Source of the DNA: Salpingoeca rosetta
Taxonomy: Eukaryota; Protista; Choanoflagellata
Assembly (NCBI GenBank): GCA_033442325.1
Contig: JAWQFM010000016.1
Location: 1,159,679 to 1,223,678, forward strand
Length of the DNA: 64,000 nucleotides
Direction of reading: 5' to 3'
Made by a program: the position numbers and the translations under genes. How positions within the stretch are numbered: the first letter of the stretch is position 1; each line of letters starts with the position of its first letter. Of this stretch, positions 1 through 18,339 are shown piece by piece. Under the pieces are notes generated by a model that saw only the letters and a list, made by a program, of their open reading frames with translations, did no database searches and was not told where the DNA came from.

Positions 1-72
1 TTCAAGGTGTTGCTGTTCAAGGTGTTGCTGTTCAAGGTGTTGCTGTTCAAGGTGTTGCTGTTCAAGGTGTTG
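1..72. repeat. 15-bp tandem repeat (TTCAAGGTGTTGCTG), about 5 copies
   Basis: Directly visible; encodes QQHLE on the minus strand. Confidence 0.9.
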
Positions 73-501
73 TTGCTGAGGCGTTTGCACGTCTCTTGTG
101 GTTGTTGTCAAGACGCAGCACGCTCTTGCGTGAGTGTTGAAGAAAGAAAAGTCCCTGATACACTGCTGTCCCCGTTGCCGTTCTTGTGTTAAAAATGCAG
201 TTGATCCTTGCGGTGGCATGGGTTGCTTGCCTGCTTGCGGTTTCTCAGTGGTGGGTGATGTTCGCGGCAGTGCACGCATGCATGGAAGCTGCTGTAGGTT
301 GTTCAGATCACCACCACCAAAGGCCTCAAACGTCTTGGTTGCCTCTTGTTTGCGTGCGTGCGTCTTTGCTTGCTCGCTCGGTGTTGCGCGCGAGAGGGAG
401 ACGTTACAACTGCTGTTGCGGGGCGATAGATAACGGAGGACAACAACCCTAATGCTCGGTGTCAAGGAGGAAGGGGGTGCAGCCGTGCGCCGTCTGAGCA
501 T
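1..501 (-). CDS. Possible 5' part of a minus-strand gene running off the window edge (low complexity, QQHLE repeats)
   Basis: Minus frame is open from an ATG at 501 to position 1 (MLRRRTAAPPSS...TPQQQHLEQQHLEQQHLE). No recognisable domain. Confidence 0.3.
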   Translation of the reverse strand, partial: MLRRRTAAPPSSLTPSIRVVVLRYLSPRNSSCNVSLSRATPSEQAKTHARKQEATKTFEAFGGGDLNNLQQLPCMRALPRTSPTTEKPQAGKQPMPPQGSTAFLTQERQRGQQCIRDFSFFNTHARACCVLTTTTRDVQTPQQQHLEQQHLEQQHLEQQHLEQQHLE

Positions 502-1276
502 ACATAAATGACGGTCGCACAACACCCCCGCTGGTCAGGTGCTGCCCAGACGCTGGCTGTGGCGTTGAGAGCGGCGGTGAGAGCGATGCGTTTCGACAGG
601 AATGTCCGCTGGCAGTGTCACCCACACGGAAATTCCATTGAAGATATAAGCAAATCGTAAACAACGCACAAGTGTTTGGTGGTGCGTTGTTGTTGTTGTT
701 GGGGTCGCTCGTCGCTTAGGACGCAATACATGCTGTCGGTGAGGTATTGAGAATCTTTCCAAAAAATCGTATGCTTTGCGCGTGTGTGGGGGTTTTGTTT
801 GTGTTTGTTGTTGTGCGGTTGTGTTGTGCTTGCCTGCAAGGCAAGCGCGCTATCGCAGCAACAAACAACACACACACACACAACAACACACGCCTTCTTC
901 CTCTTCATTCCTTCTTCCACGCTGCTTCGCTTGTGCTTGTGTGTGGTGTGTGTACCGTCTCACGTCTCTCTCTCTTTGCAGCGCTCTGCTGTTGCAGAGA
1001 GGAAGCTTTGTGGTCCAGCTTTGCGGTCTTGAGACCTGACAAACAAAACCTACAAAGGCAAAAGCAGAGCTCAGCTTTCAAGCAGCTTGCAAGCAGCGTT
1101 CATTTGTTGTTTGTTCTCCTTTGCCAGTTCTTCTTTCTTCTTTCTGCTTTGCTTGTTCTGACTCTCGTGCGTGTCGCCGTCTGATCACCTTGTTTTGCAG
1201 CATCCGCACACCGCACACACGCACGCCGCATCCGTTGACACAAAGCTACACACAAGCAGCACAGCGAACCAAGACC

Positions 1277-3319
1277 ATGTCAACCATGTTGGTGCTGGTT
1301 GCGGCGGTGACGATGATGACGTCGCCAGGAGGGCTTCTTCAGACCGCGCTTGGATCCTCCGTGGACCTGAGCTCGCTGTACAGCAACGCTGCCTACCAGT
1401 GCGCGGCAGATCGCTGCTACAACCCAACGCAGCAATGTACCGCCCAGACAGGGTGCAACGCCGTCCTTGCCTGCAGGCAGGCCTGTTACACCTCCTACCC
1501 TCTCACCACCAACAAGCTTTCGCTCGTCAACTGCCTTGAGTCCTGCCCCGCGCAGGCAGACTCCACAGGCAGCGCCCTCTACGCCCAATACGAAGCATGC
1601 TACACCGTCATGTGCCAAGATGGTGTGTAATGTGCGCGTGTGTGTGTGTATACGCATGCGTGTGCGTGTGCGCGTGTGCGTACGCGCGTGTACGTGTGTG
1701 GGTGAGTGCGTGCGTGTGTGTGTGTGTGTGCGCGTGTGGGTGCGTGTGCGCGCGTGTGTGTGTGTGTGCTATTCGATACACCTGTGTATGTTCTTGCGTG
1801 TGTGTGTGTGTGTGTGCACTACGGTTCGTTTTCTTCCGCTTTTTCCCGTGTCTCACTGCAGCCTACATTTGTATGTCACTCATCCGCATTTCTCCACCCT
1901 CTTCCCCCTCCTCGAATCCCAATATCATCCAATCACGTTGCTCACGGCTTTTACTTTCCATCGGCAACAGTGGTGCAATACGAACTGTGTGCTGGCTACA
2001 ACACTGAGCAAGTGTGCGAGACCCAGGAGGGCTGCACGTTCCTTTCGGACGAGGCCGAACCATGCGTTTACGGAGGTGGGTCTGCCGTCTGCAGTGCAGT
2101 GATGTCGAGTGATGTCATTCACCCATCATTTTCTTGTGGGTTTGTGGTTCATGCAGTCGATGCCGGAAGTGGACTTGAATGTGGGATGAGCTGCGTGCAT
2201 TTGTGATTGTTGGCTGTCTGTCTCTCTGTCTGCGTCCCTGTGGATGTAGTCTCAAGCATCCATCACATGCATGACAGCTCGACTTGCAATCTCACACCAT
2301 GCGCTCGCACCCTTTGTCAGACTTCCAAGCACCAGAGTTCACGGCGTGTGAGGTTGGCATTGCCCGCCCAACCCGTGAAACCTCAAACACGCAAGCAGTC
2401 TCCTGGCGAACCATCGAGGCGGTGAGTGGGCAGCAGCACCACGTGCCGTCATGCCTTGCTGATTGGCACTTGCACCTGCTGCTACTGCTGCTACTGCTAC
2501 TGCTACTGCTGCTACTGCTGCGACTGCTACTGCTGCGACTGCTGTACGTGCCTTGCTTGTATAAAATCAATCTCACAGCAGGCACGTGGGCACCACTTGC
2601 AGGAGGACGATCGCGGTGGCGTTGTTGTCGTGGAGCAGATTGAAGGGCCCTCACGTGGTTCAGAGTTCCCCATTGGCACAACACAGGTGTGTGTGTATGT
2701 GTGTATGTGCGTATGTGCGTATGTGTGTATGTGTGTGCATATGTGCGTGTGTGTGTGTGTGTGTGTTCGTAGTTACAGTCGTTGGACGCTCTTGTCACCC
2801 ATTTATTTCCATGCCTGCCTGAACGCGTCATCTCGTGTGGTGCTCATTGTCACTCTGCTGCTGCCCCTCCTGCCTGGTACCTGTCGCCTATGATCTGTGT
2901 TCAGATTGCTTACCGCGCCACGGACGAGAGCGGCAACACCGCAGACTGCGAATTCACCGTCACCATTTACGGTCCGTCAACTCCCCTGTTGTGTTGTGAC
3001 ATAATTCCCTCGCACTTGCCTGATTGGTGTCTTGGTGTCATGTGCATGCGTGCTTGCATGTGCGCGTCCCCCGCTTGTTTTGTGACCGCCGCCCACCCAC
3101 CTCCTCAACGCTACTGCTTGTGGACCTTGCACCATGCAGACGACACGGCTCCGACGCTTGTCAACTGTCCGAGCTCACGCACGGTTCGACCGGATATCGA
3201 GGACATCATCTATGGTGCGTTTATCTGATCGTGTATTGATTGATGGTGGCATGTGGCTTGCTTCCCTGAGCGGTTTAGTTTCCTGTCTTGTCCATTCACT
3301 CCTGTTGTGTCACTCACGA

Positions 3320-3364
<45 letters not shown>

Positions 3365-4020
3365 CTCGCGTTGCCTTTGTCAATCAATGTGCACTACGTG
3401 CATGTTCATATTCACACACTCGCTTGTATTTTCACACGTATGCAGATGAGAACTCTGTGCCGCTTGTGCACGTGGAGTGGATCGCTCCTCTCGTCGAGGA
3501 CAATGACGCAGCGGCGCTTGTGCCGCCTTCGCCAGAACGGTATGAAGCAAGAAACAAGCAACCATGTTAAACGGCATGGCTTGACATGTCGCCCAATCAT
3601 GCCTTGCACTGCACTCACACACACGCGCGCGCGCATACATGATCGTACCTGCTTCCGTGCACTTGTTTACATTTTCTTACTCACTCACTCATTCACTCAC
3701 TCACTCACTCACACACAGCCCTGAGGCAAACCTGACCGCTGGTGTGCACACGTTTGAATATCGCGCAGAGGACAATGCAGGCAACGTCGACACGTGCTCG
3801 TTCGATATTGACATCCAGCCGTCATCCACAACATTCTTCCAGCGCCGTGTCCGCACCTCTCTCGACCACACCCAGCCCGTGCGTGTCGTGTTGAGATCAT
3901 GTTTGGCGTCGTGTGAAACATGCCTTTGTTGCAGTTTGTTGTGGTGCTCTATGAGATGCAGTCACAATCGCTCATGTTTGTTGGGCATTTTGAAGCTAGG
4001 TCGTATGAACTAACTATTTT

Positions 4021-4095
<75 letters not shown>

Positions 4096-7000
4096 ATTGC
4101 AACGTTCCCCGTGCGCGTCAACCCTAACGCGTGTGCGCTTCGCTGCCTCTCCGATTCCGAGTGCAGCTCCTTCCTGTCAGTTTGATGCACCATTGACTGC
4201 AGACAGCGTGCTTGTGCGGCTGTGTGTGCGGCTGTGTGTGCGGCTGTGTGTGCGGCTGTGTGTGCGGCTGTGTGTGCGGCTGTTTGTGAATGCATCTGTG
4301 GCTGCGATTGTGCTGTGTGCCATGTGTTCACGCAGTTGCGCTCCGCTGGGCCGCCTCAATCGTGCTCATCAGTCCGTCAATCTCACCTTGATTCCTCCCG
4401 TGCGCCCGTCCTCACGTGCACATGAGTTCAGCACGGACCGGCTTGGCGTGGGCCTCTGCTCGCTCCTTCGCGAAAACACGACCACCGCCACCACCCTCCA
4501 GGAGTTTTCACGCGATCTCTACGAACGCCAGCCCTTCAGGTCCGCGTCTATGTGTGTATGTGTGTGCATGTGTGTGTGTGTGTGTGTGTGTCTGTGCGTA
4601 TGTACGCTCGCGCGTGTGTGCATGTGTCTGCGTATGTACGCTCTCGTGTCCCTACGTGTGTGTGTGTGTATGATACACGCTTCGAGCTGTGCGAAAGCCT
4701 GATGTACATTCCTGTCTGCGTTTTCTTGGCAGTGCGTTTGAGTGCGCATACACGGCCGTCGCTGCGTGTGGAGACCTTGCCGATCTTCCCCCATCCACAT
4801 GTGCCAGCGACATTTCAGACGTTGCCGCCTGTGCTCACCCTTACCTTGAAGGTGCGTGTATGCGTGTGCTGTGCTGTAATGTGCTGTGCTGTGCTGTGCT
4901 GTGTTTCAGTTGTCGCCCCTTGAGCGCTTTCCTTCATACACACACATACATTCACACATGACGCATGCGCATACACACAAACACGCACGCACACGCACTT
5001 TGCCCTTTGCCACCGCAGCATGCCGTGACAGCCAGTTTGTGCGCCGGACCAACGATGCTATTGTCGCTGCAAACAACACCTGCTACGGTGAGCGTGTCAT
5101 CTGCATGCTTAAGCTGTGTCTCACACGAGTGTCTGACACGATCATGCAACACGATGCCCCCTCCCGCAATGTTCGTGTGCTGTCCTGATCACTTGTCGCT
5201 TTTTTCGAACCCTGTCCCCCCTCCCCCCAAAAACAATCTTTTCTCCAGTTCTGCTCACTTGCATGTCATATCGTGTCTCATCTCTTCGATGCTTCTTTGG
5301 TTCCGTGGACGCATGCTTGATTGTTGCTTGCAGGCATCATGGCAGAGGAGACACTCCCACCGTCGTCAGCGTACGAATGCGACACGGAAGCGTCCTCCTT
5401 TGAACAGTGCTACTCGTGCTGCACTTCAAGCTTCGAGACCGCCGTCGAAGACTGCGACGTACGTGCACATGCATGCACGCGCGTGTACAGTATGGCTTGT
5501 TGATGAGACCGTGTCACCATGTGTCTACACGAATGGTTGTGCGCTGTGCTCACTCACACACACATGTCCGTGCTGTGTTCATCATATTTGTTCCTGGTGG
5601 CAGGGCTTGGTGGCGCTGCTTTCTGCGTGTATGTCTGAGCGCGAGGAGCACTTGGACGTCTGCGCATCGGACTGCTTCGACGCATTCACACAGTACGACT
5701 TCACACTGCATCACACTACACCACACATTCACTGCACGCACAGACACATGAAAGTGAAAAAGGCAAAAAACACAAAACACAAACACGAACGAAACTTCAA
5801 CACACACACACACCACGGTTTCTCATGTCCAAATTTGCCATATTTGCAGAGCGACGGCGCCAAGTGATGATGTTCCATCTGGATATGTCGACGTGGTGCT
5901 CCCACTTCTTCTCTCCGACGTACCGTTTGCCAACGTTTCTGCACACGTGCGCGCCGATATCTTCCTGAGGTGCGAGCGCTTGCCATTATTGTGTTGCATC
6001 GTATGCACCGGCGCTTCTGCTGTTCTGGGCTGCATTGCGTGCCTGTTGATGTGTTAATGTGCTGTGTGTGTGTGATGTAAGCGACAACGAAGTCAAGTTG
6101 CATGACACGACGATAGGGCGGTTGCCATCACGACCACACCCACTCCTCATGCTCACGCACCAACTCACTGCACCCCTCACTTCTGCTCACTCCTGTCTCG
6201 CCTCCCCTTTGTCCCTCGTCCCAACACCAACCGTTGTGGATGCAGTGCTGTTGCTGCGTTTGAGTTCAACAGCAGCGCGCTCGTGTTCCAGGTGCAGCAG
6301 GTGGACGACGGCTCCACCCTCGTCACTTTCTCCATTCGCCTTCCAAGCACATACACCGTGCCAGAGGTTCGCTGACGACCACATGTGGGGGAGAGTTGCG
6401 CCGTCGGGTCTCGCTGATCAGAGGAGACGTGTCTGCAGCATGGCGCTCGTTGTGTGTTGTTATACAACACACACCCACAATGCGTGCGGAATGCATTTCA
6501 GTTTCAACTCACGGCCATCACACGCTTTTGCTTGCTCACCACGTGTGGCACATCACGTGTGCACAGGTTGATCTGGACTCGTCCTTCCGTCGCCGGCGTC
6601 GTGATGCTGTCCGCGCTGCCGAGATAGCCTCCCTCTTGCAAGGTGGGTAGCCGTGATGTGATGTGCAACACCTGCCACTGTTGCCTGCAAGCAGGAGGAC
6701 ACGGACCCACTCATGCCCGCGCCCACTGCATGTGCGCACACTTAACCTCACGTTCTCTTCCTACCACCACATCCACAGACGCCAACGTGTTGGCAGCACT
6801 TGTTGCGCGATTTCGCTTCATCTTCCAGGCGGAGACGGGCTTCTCGACGGCTGTTGGTGTCACCACGATGTTCTCCGTCTCTGGTAAGTTGTCTGCTGGT
6901 ATGCTTGCTTGCAAGCATGCATAACAACGGCTACAAAGCGTGCTTCAAGCGCACACATTCAGCGTGAGTGAGCTGCTCCATACAAGTACCAGCGATTCCT

Positions 7001-7811
7001 CACCCGTGTCGTCCTTTTGCTTGCATGCACACTGATGCAGTTGCGGAAGACAGTGCGAGTTTGCTCACCACGACAAGCACGTCTGCGTCATCAACGTAAG
7101 AGCGCGCTGCTGCCGACGTGGTTTCATGATGTTTGCTGCAACTGCGTTTGATGAAACCGATTGTGCTGATGTGTCATGATGTGACATGACATGACCTCAC
7201 TCTCGCTCGCCGCCACCATGTTGCACACACAAACGCACCTGCACACACACACACACACACCATAACACGTACGCACACACACTCACTCACAACACACACA
7301 TACACACACACGCACATTCACGTCCATATGCACACGTTGTGACGGACAACAGGGCCTCTGGTGGCAGCACAACATCCGCTGCGTCAGCATCGACCGCAAC
7401 GGAAACATCCACGACAACCATTTTTGTCCCTCGCTTCTCGGGAAGCAGCAACGAGGTACGTGCGCTTGTGTTGCTGCTTACATGTAGAGAAAGGAGGAAC
7501 AGTATCATAATCGCTCGCAATTGCTCGCATGTGTTATACAGATGGCCTGCCTGTATGCTGTTTGTCGTGAGCGTGTCGTAATTTGCACTCCTCTCTGTTG
7601 TTCGCGTATCTCACTCCCCCTCCCCTCTGCACACGCTTGTGCACGAAACAGGAAACGACATCCACTGGCGTGGTGATTGTTGGCGTTTTGGGCGCTCTGC
7701 TCTTTGTCATCTTCGTGATTGTTCTCGTCAAGACAATCAAGCGGTACGACACGCTGTTGCTTGCAAGCACGTGCGTGCACAATGCACTTCGCACACGCAC
7801 ACACGCGCACT

Positions 7812-7879
<68 letters not shown>

Positions 7880-8852
7880 GCACGCACGCACGCACGCACG
7901 CACACATACTCACCCTCACACACATGGTGTTGGGCACATTGTTTGTTCTTCACAGGAAAAAAGTACAGGATCGCCGTCGCTCCTCGTGGGTGCAACCGGT
8001 GCGTTGATTGTTGCGACGCACGGCAACCGCGGCTTCCGCTCACTCTGTGCTGTTGCTTCTTCTTCATGTGACTTTGTGATGTGAACTGTGTCACACTCAC
8101 ACACATGTGCACAACTTGTGCTGCACAGCGCTGTAGTGCTACAATGGCGCGCATCACGCACGTCATATCGCCTTGCTCATTCCCCTCTCCCTCCCTCCTC
8201 CATGCCACTCGTGTTTCTTCGTACCCCCCAATGATGCGTTTGTGCGTTTGCAGGTGGCTGTGATTCCGTCTCAGTCCTCAGAGGCGCTGCCCACCACCTC
8301 CCCCAGCACTCGCCACGTGCGTGGCGGCTACTTTGGCCCGGGCATTGTCCTCCCAGATATCGGCGCTTCGGTAAGCCTGGTCGAGAGAGAGAGAGAGAGG
8401 CAGAGAGAGAGATTGTGTGTGTGTGTGTTGTCAGCGTGCACACACGTGTGTACATTTGCACCAATGTCTGGTGCATACACTCGTTTCGTTGCTCACAGTC
8501 TCGCTCTCACCTCCCGGACTTGCAAACCTATACACCACCACCTTCACGCCACCAACAGAAGAAGACCGGCTCCCCTGCTCTTGCTGCGCGTCGCTCGCCT
8601 TCATCCAGCATGGATATCGGGAAAGGTCGCGGATCCCCCACCCGCGCCGCCACCATTGCCCGCCCGCAGCCACCAGCCGCATTGCCGTCGCTCACGGGCC
8701 CACAGCGGCCCGCCCCGAGCAACCCGTTTGCTCGCGTGTCTGCAAGCAAGCACGTGCTGCCACCATCGCCATCTCCAAAGTCAACCCCATCCCCCAAGTC
8801 AAAGCGCTCGCCCAACACGCCAGACAGCGGACAGGACGAGTCGGAGGCCTGA
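1277..8852 (+). CDS. Multi-exon type I membrane protein: signal peptide, Cys-rich N-terminus, 2 HYR domains, Cys-rich region, SEA-like module, TM, Pro/Ser-rich tail
   Basis: ATG 1277 [14 protein letters not shown] signal peptide. HYR exons [10 protein letters not shown]...VSWRTIEA / [14 protein letters not shown] / [22 protein letters not shown] (2321-2971) and [13 protein letters not shown]...[26 protein letters not shown] (3140-3815). [23 protein letters not shown] followed by KTIKR (~7665-7742). Last exon ends ...GQDESEA* at 8852. GT-AG boundaries seen; middle exons approximate. Confidence 0.75.
4213..4283. repeat. 12-bp tandem repeat (GTGCGGCTGTGT), about 6 copies, intronic
   Basis: Directly visible. 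Confidence 0.85.
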
Positions 8853-9021
8853 GCTCCTCCCTTTCAACTTCTCACATTCTCTCACGTTCTCTCGCGTTCT
8901 CGCTTGACATGACGTGATGTGACGTGACGTTGTGACTCCATTTGCTCTCTTCTTCTCTTTCTCCCTTTCGTTCTATTTGACCCCAAACTCCATGAGCGAG
9001 ATTGGTATGTTGATGTGTGCG

Positions 9022-9105
<84 letters not shown>

Positions 9106-9466
9106 GATGTGTGTGCAGACTTGGCTGGAGCGATCTATTGTCTCCCCGCCTACAGGTTCTTTTTTGAGCGTTTGCTGTTCTTGCTTCTTTTGTTGGTGTT
9201 GATTGATATGACATGACCACAGGCAGGAGAGCTGTTGCATTGCAGTCTTGCCTGATCTCTTTTCTGTATCTCTCTTGTGACCTCCACACGGCAGCCGTTG
9301 TTTTGTTGAACTGGTGTGCGTGCTCTTGCTGTTGGGAGAGAGAGGATGGGGTGAATGACGCGTTGTTGTGGATGTCGGACGAACGTTCCGTCTTTCCAAA
9401 CAACACCATAAACAGTAGTGACGTGATCGACAAACACGACCCACCACACCAACAACAACAATCAAG

Positions 9467-14649
<5,183 letters not shown>

Positions 14650-15086
14650 TGTGAGCAAGGCGTCGTGTGTGTATGCGTGTGTGTGTGTGGGGGGGGGGGG
14701 GCGGGAAGGAGGGTCTGTATCGTGTTGGCAGTTGGCATACTCGAAGAGGCACAAGGTGCCTGTGTGTCCTTTATTTTTGTTTTGTTTGGTCGTGCCGTGT
14801 GGCGTGTGTGTATGTATGGTACTTGGCTCACGGCAACATAGACAACGTTACTCGAGCACTGATAGGGAAGAATGGCGCGTGTGGAAAGAAGAGAGAGAGA
14901 GAGAGAGTGTGTGTGTGTGTGTGTGTGTGTCTGTGTTGCGTGCAGAAGAAACACACATACAGACACGCACGCGCGCACACAACACATAACACACCACACA
15001 CCACACACCACACACCACACACGACGTCGATGATTCTGTGATATCTTTCGCCACACTTCCACAACCAAACCCAAACAAAGCCTGCC

Positions 15087-16610
15087 ATGATGTCGCAGAT
15101 GCTGTCAGTGCTGCTGACCCTTCTTGTTCTTCTCACGTGCGCTGGGGTCGGCGCTGGCGAGGATGGCGTGGATATGCAGCCGGCCATCTTTGCGGATGAC
15201 GTTGGTAACTTGTTTGTGGACACGAAGCGCGCGCAGGGGCGCGTGTTTGTGAATGGCGTGGACGTGCAAGTGTTGGATGAACGCATGCGGGCACTGGAGG
15301 CCACGGCGGCCGCCCTGACTGCGGCGCAGGGCATCCAGCGGGCCTGGAACCCCAACCTGACGGTCGCGGAGACGGCATCGATCGGGGCCGGCTTCAACGA
15401 AGTGGTGAATGGCATCGTGGCGGACTCGATCGCCAACGTCGTGTGCGTCTGCGGCGAGACCTCCAACAACCTCTTCGCTGTGCTATCTGGGCTCGTGGAC
15501 GCGTATGTGGCGTGCTTCAACGCGGACGACGCAACCCTCAAGTGGGGCGTGCAGTTTGGCTCCTCGCAGTACGATCGCGCCTTCGGCGTTGCCATGGACC
15601 CCGTGGCGCGCACGGTGTACGTGTTTGGGCACTCAAACGGCGGCGTGTTTGTGCCGGAGCCGCATGGCCTGGCGGACCTCGTGCTTGCCGCCTTCCATCG
15701 CGACACGGGCAAGCAGCTGTGGGGCGTGCAGTTTGGCTCAGCCAACACGGAGCTCGCACAGGCCATGGTCTTTGACGAGGTGTCACGGTCCCTGTTCATC
15801 GGCGGGTACCACATGGGCTCGCTGTTTGAAGCCCAAGCCAGCGCGTGGGAAGGGTACGTCGCACGCGTGGACAGCAGCACGGGCAACGTCACCTGGGGCA
15901 AGCACGTTCAGACAAACCGAAACGACTACGTGCATGCGGTGGCAGTGGACTCGCGTGTGGGCCTCGTCTTCGCTGCCGGCACGACAGAGGGCGACCTGAG
16001 CGGCGACAACAGTGGCAGCAAGGACGTGTTTGTGGACGCGCGGCACGTGGCAAATGGCGATTCGGCATGGACAACGCAACTCGGCAGCGCGGAGAAAGAG
16101 GAGGACGTGTCGCTTGCAGCGAGCACGGACCTGGGCCTGGTGTTTGTGGTCTTCAGCACGCAGGGCGAGCTGTATGCGCCAAACGCCGACGGCGCGGGCG
16201 ACGTTGCTGTTGTCGCCCTGCACAGCACCAATGGCTCTGTGGCGTGGAACACGCAGTTGGGAGCAACCGCTGCTGACGAGGCAGGCGGCGTTGCTTATGA
16301 CGCGTCCACGACCACGGTTGTGATCACGGGCGCAACGCTCGGCGCCATGTTTGCCGACCAGCAGCACCACGGCGGGATGGATCTGTTTGTGGCTCGCCTC
16401 GACGCGCGCACGGGCGAGGTGCTGTGGGGCGGCCTGTATGGTACGGAGGATGACGATAGCGGGCGTGCCATTGCTGCCAGTGCACGCGTTCCCTTTCGCG
16501 AACAGGCGGCCGTGTTTGTTGCTGGGGAGACGGAGGGCGCGTTGTTTGGTCTTCCCACTGCTGGCGGTGTTGATGCGTTCCTCGCCATCCTCCGCCCAGA
16601 CTCATGGTGA
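15087..16610 (+). CDS. Intronless secreted protein: signal peptide, short beta/coiled-coil N-terminal module, SBBP/PQQ-like beta-propeller
   Basis: 507-aa ORF with hydrophobic N-terminus. Repeated blades WGVQFGSSQYDRAFGVAMDP...VYVFG, WGVQFGSANTE, WTTQLGSAEKE, WNTQLGATAADEAGGVAYD, GGMDLFVARLD, GGVDAFLA. Confidence 0.85.
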   Translation: MMSQMLSVLLTLLVLLTCAGVGAGEDGVDMQPAIFADDVGNLFVDTKRAQGRVFVNGVDVQVLDERMRALEATAAALTAAQGIQRAWNPNLTVAETASIGAGFNEVVNGIVADSIANVVCVCGETSNNLFAVLSGLVDAYVACFNADDATLKWGVQFGSSQYDRAFGVAMDPVARTVYVFGHSNGGVFVPEPHGLADLVLAAFHRDTGKQLWGVQFGSANTELAQAMVFDEVSRSLFIGGYHMGSLFEAQASAWEGYVARVDSSTGNVTWGKHVQTNRNDYVHAVAVDSRVGLVFAAGTTEGDLSGDNSGSKDVFVDARHVANGDSAWTTQLGSAEKEEDVSLAASTDLGLVFVVFSTQGELYAPNADGAGDVAVVALHSTNGSVAWNTQLGATAADEAGGVAYDASTTTVVITGATLGAMFADQQHHGGMDLFVARLDARTGEVLWGGLYGTEDDDSGRAIAASARVPFREQAAVFVAGETEGALFGLPTAGGVDAFLAILRPDSW

Positions 16611-17110
16611 CGACGTCATTCGTTTGTTCGTTTGTTGCTGTGTGCATGTGTGCGTGCGTGTGTGTGCGTGTGTGCATGTGTGTGTACATGTGTGTGCGTT
16701 TCACACGGTCGCTTGTCTGTGTTTGCTCGCTCGTTTACTTGTCTGTGTCTACGCTCGTTCGGAGTGGTTGGTGCCTGCGTTACACTGTGCACCTGCATGC
16801 ACTTCCATCTTCCTGCACGCGATTGTGCTGCGCCTTCGCCCGTTGTTACATCATTACAGCTGTTCGTTGAAGAGCTCCTGATGCAGTATTGACGCTGCTG
16901 CTGTATTGGCACTTGCACGGTTGTATTCTGAGCCAGAGGGATAAGAACGAAGCACGCGCAGACAGACAAGATAGTGGTGGTGGGGGGAAGGAGAGAAGGA
17001 GAAAGAAGAGAGATGGACAAATACAGACAAGACAGATGGACAGCTAGACGGACAAATACAGACAAGACGGATGGACAGCTAGACAGACACACACACACAG
17101 GCACACACAG

Positions 17111-17177
<67 letters not shown>

Positions 17178-17179
<2 letters not shown>

Positions 17180-17554
17180 ACGAGCTCTTCTTTGCCTTTT
17201 TGGCGACGTTGACAAAGCCCTCGTTGCCAAAGTACTTGTTGCTCTCTGCCTTCTTCTGCTCCAGGTGCTTGCTCACAATCTCCAGGCCCTGCATCGGCGT
17301 GAACGAGACAGATGCTGTGCCGGCTGTTGCTGTCCCGCGGATTGTGGACATGCCACCGTGTGATGCCTCGCGTTGCAGCCGCCTCTGCATCTTCTTCGAC
17401 AGCGCCCCGCCCTTCTGGGTCGCCTCCACGGCACGCAGCTGCATAGTGGTTGAGAAGGACGAGGGGGGGGGGGGTTGTATGGTGGTGGGTGCAGATGTGA
17501 GAGGCGAGCAAATGTGCAAGTGTGCAATTGCGAATTGTGTCTTGCTTACATTGT

Positions 17555-17622
<68 letters not shown>

Positions 17623-18263
17623 CGGATCACAGATCACACACACAACGACGACGACGACGACAGCACAGGCGACTGACCCTGCCCTTTGCGACGCGCGGGC
17701 CGGAGAACGCAGCCATCTCCTCCTGGACAACATCCTCCTCAATTTCGCCAAAGGTCATCCTGTTGGCAGCCTTCATTGCCTCCGTCGTCGCCTGTCGCTC
17801 CTTCTGCCGCCGGAACCTGGACAGGTGGCGATGATTTGTGATTGGTGATTGGTGGCCATGATTTGTGATTTGTGATTGGTGATTGGTGGGTTCATGTGAC
17901 GATGGTGAGGGGTTACGCCATGCAAAGGAGGACGAGGGCTGGTGTCTGTGAAGCGCCACAACGCAATTGCGTACGGATGCAGTCACAACAACAGCAATAC
18001 CACTTCTTCACCACATGCCGCACGAAGCACGAAACAACAACGACAACAACGACAACCGCGCACCTCTTTCCACCGCGTCGCTTCTTGTAGGGGTCGTCGG
18101 GGCGGGGCAGTGCCTTGACAGTCTTCCCTGGTGGCGGCTCCATCGCCTTCTCCATCTTCTTCTCAATGTCCTCACGCAGCTCTGCGGTTGGGCAGAAGGG
18201 GGCAGGAGGAGGGGTGTTAGATATGGGGATGGTGAGGAGAGAGGTGGGGGAGGGTGAGAGACG

Positions 18264-18339
<76 letters not shown>

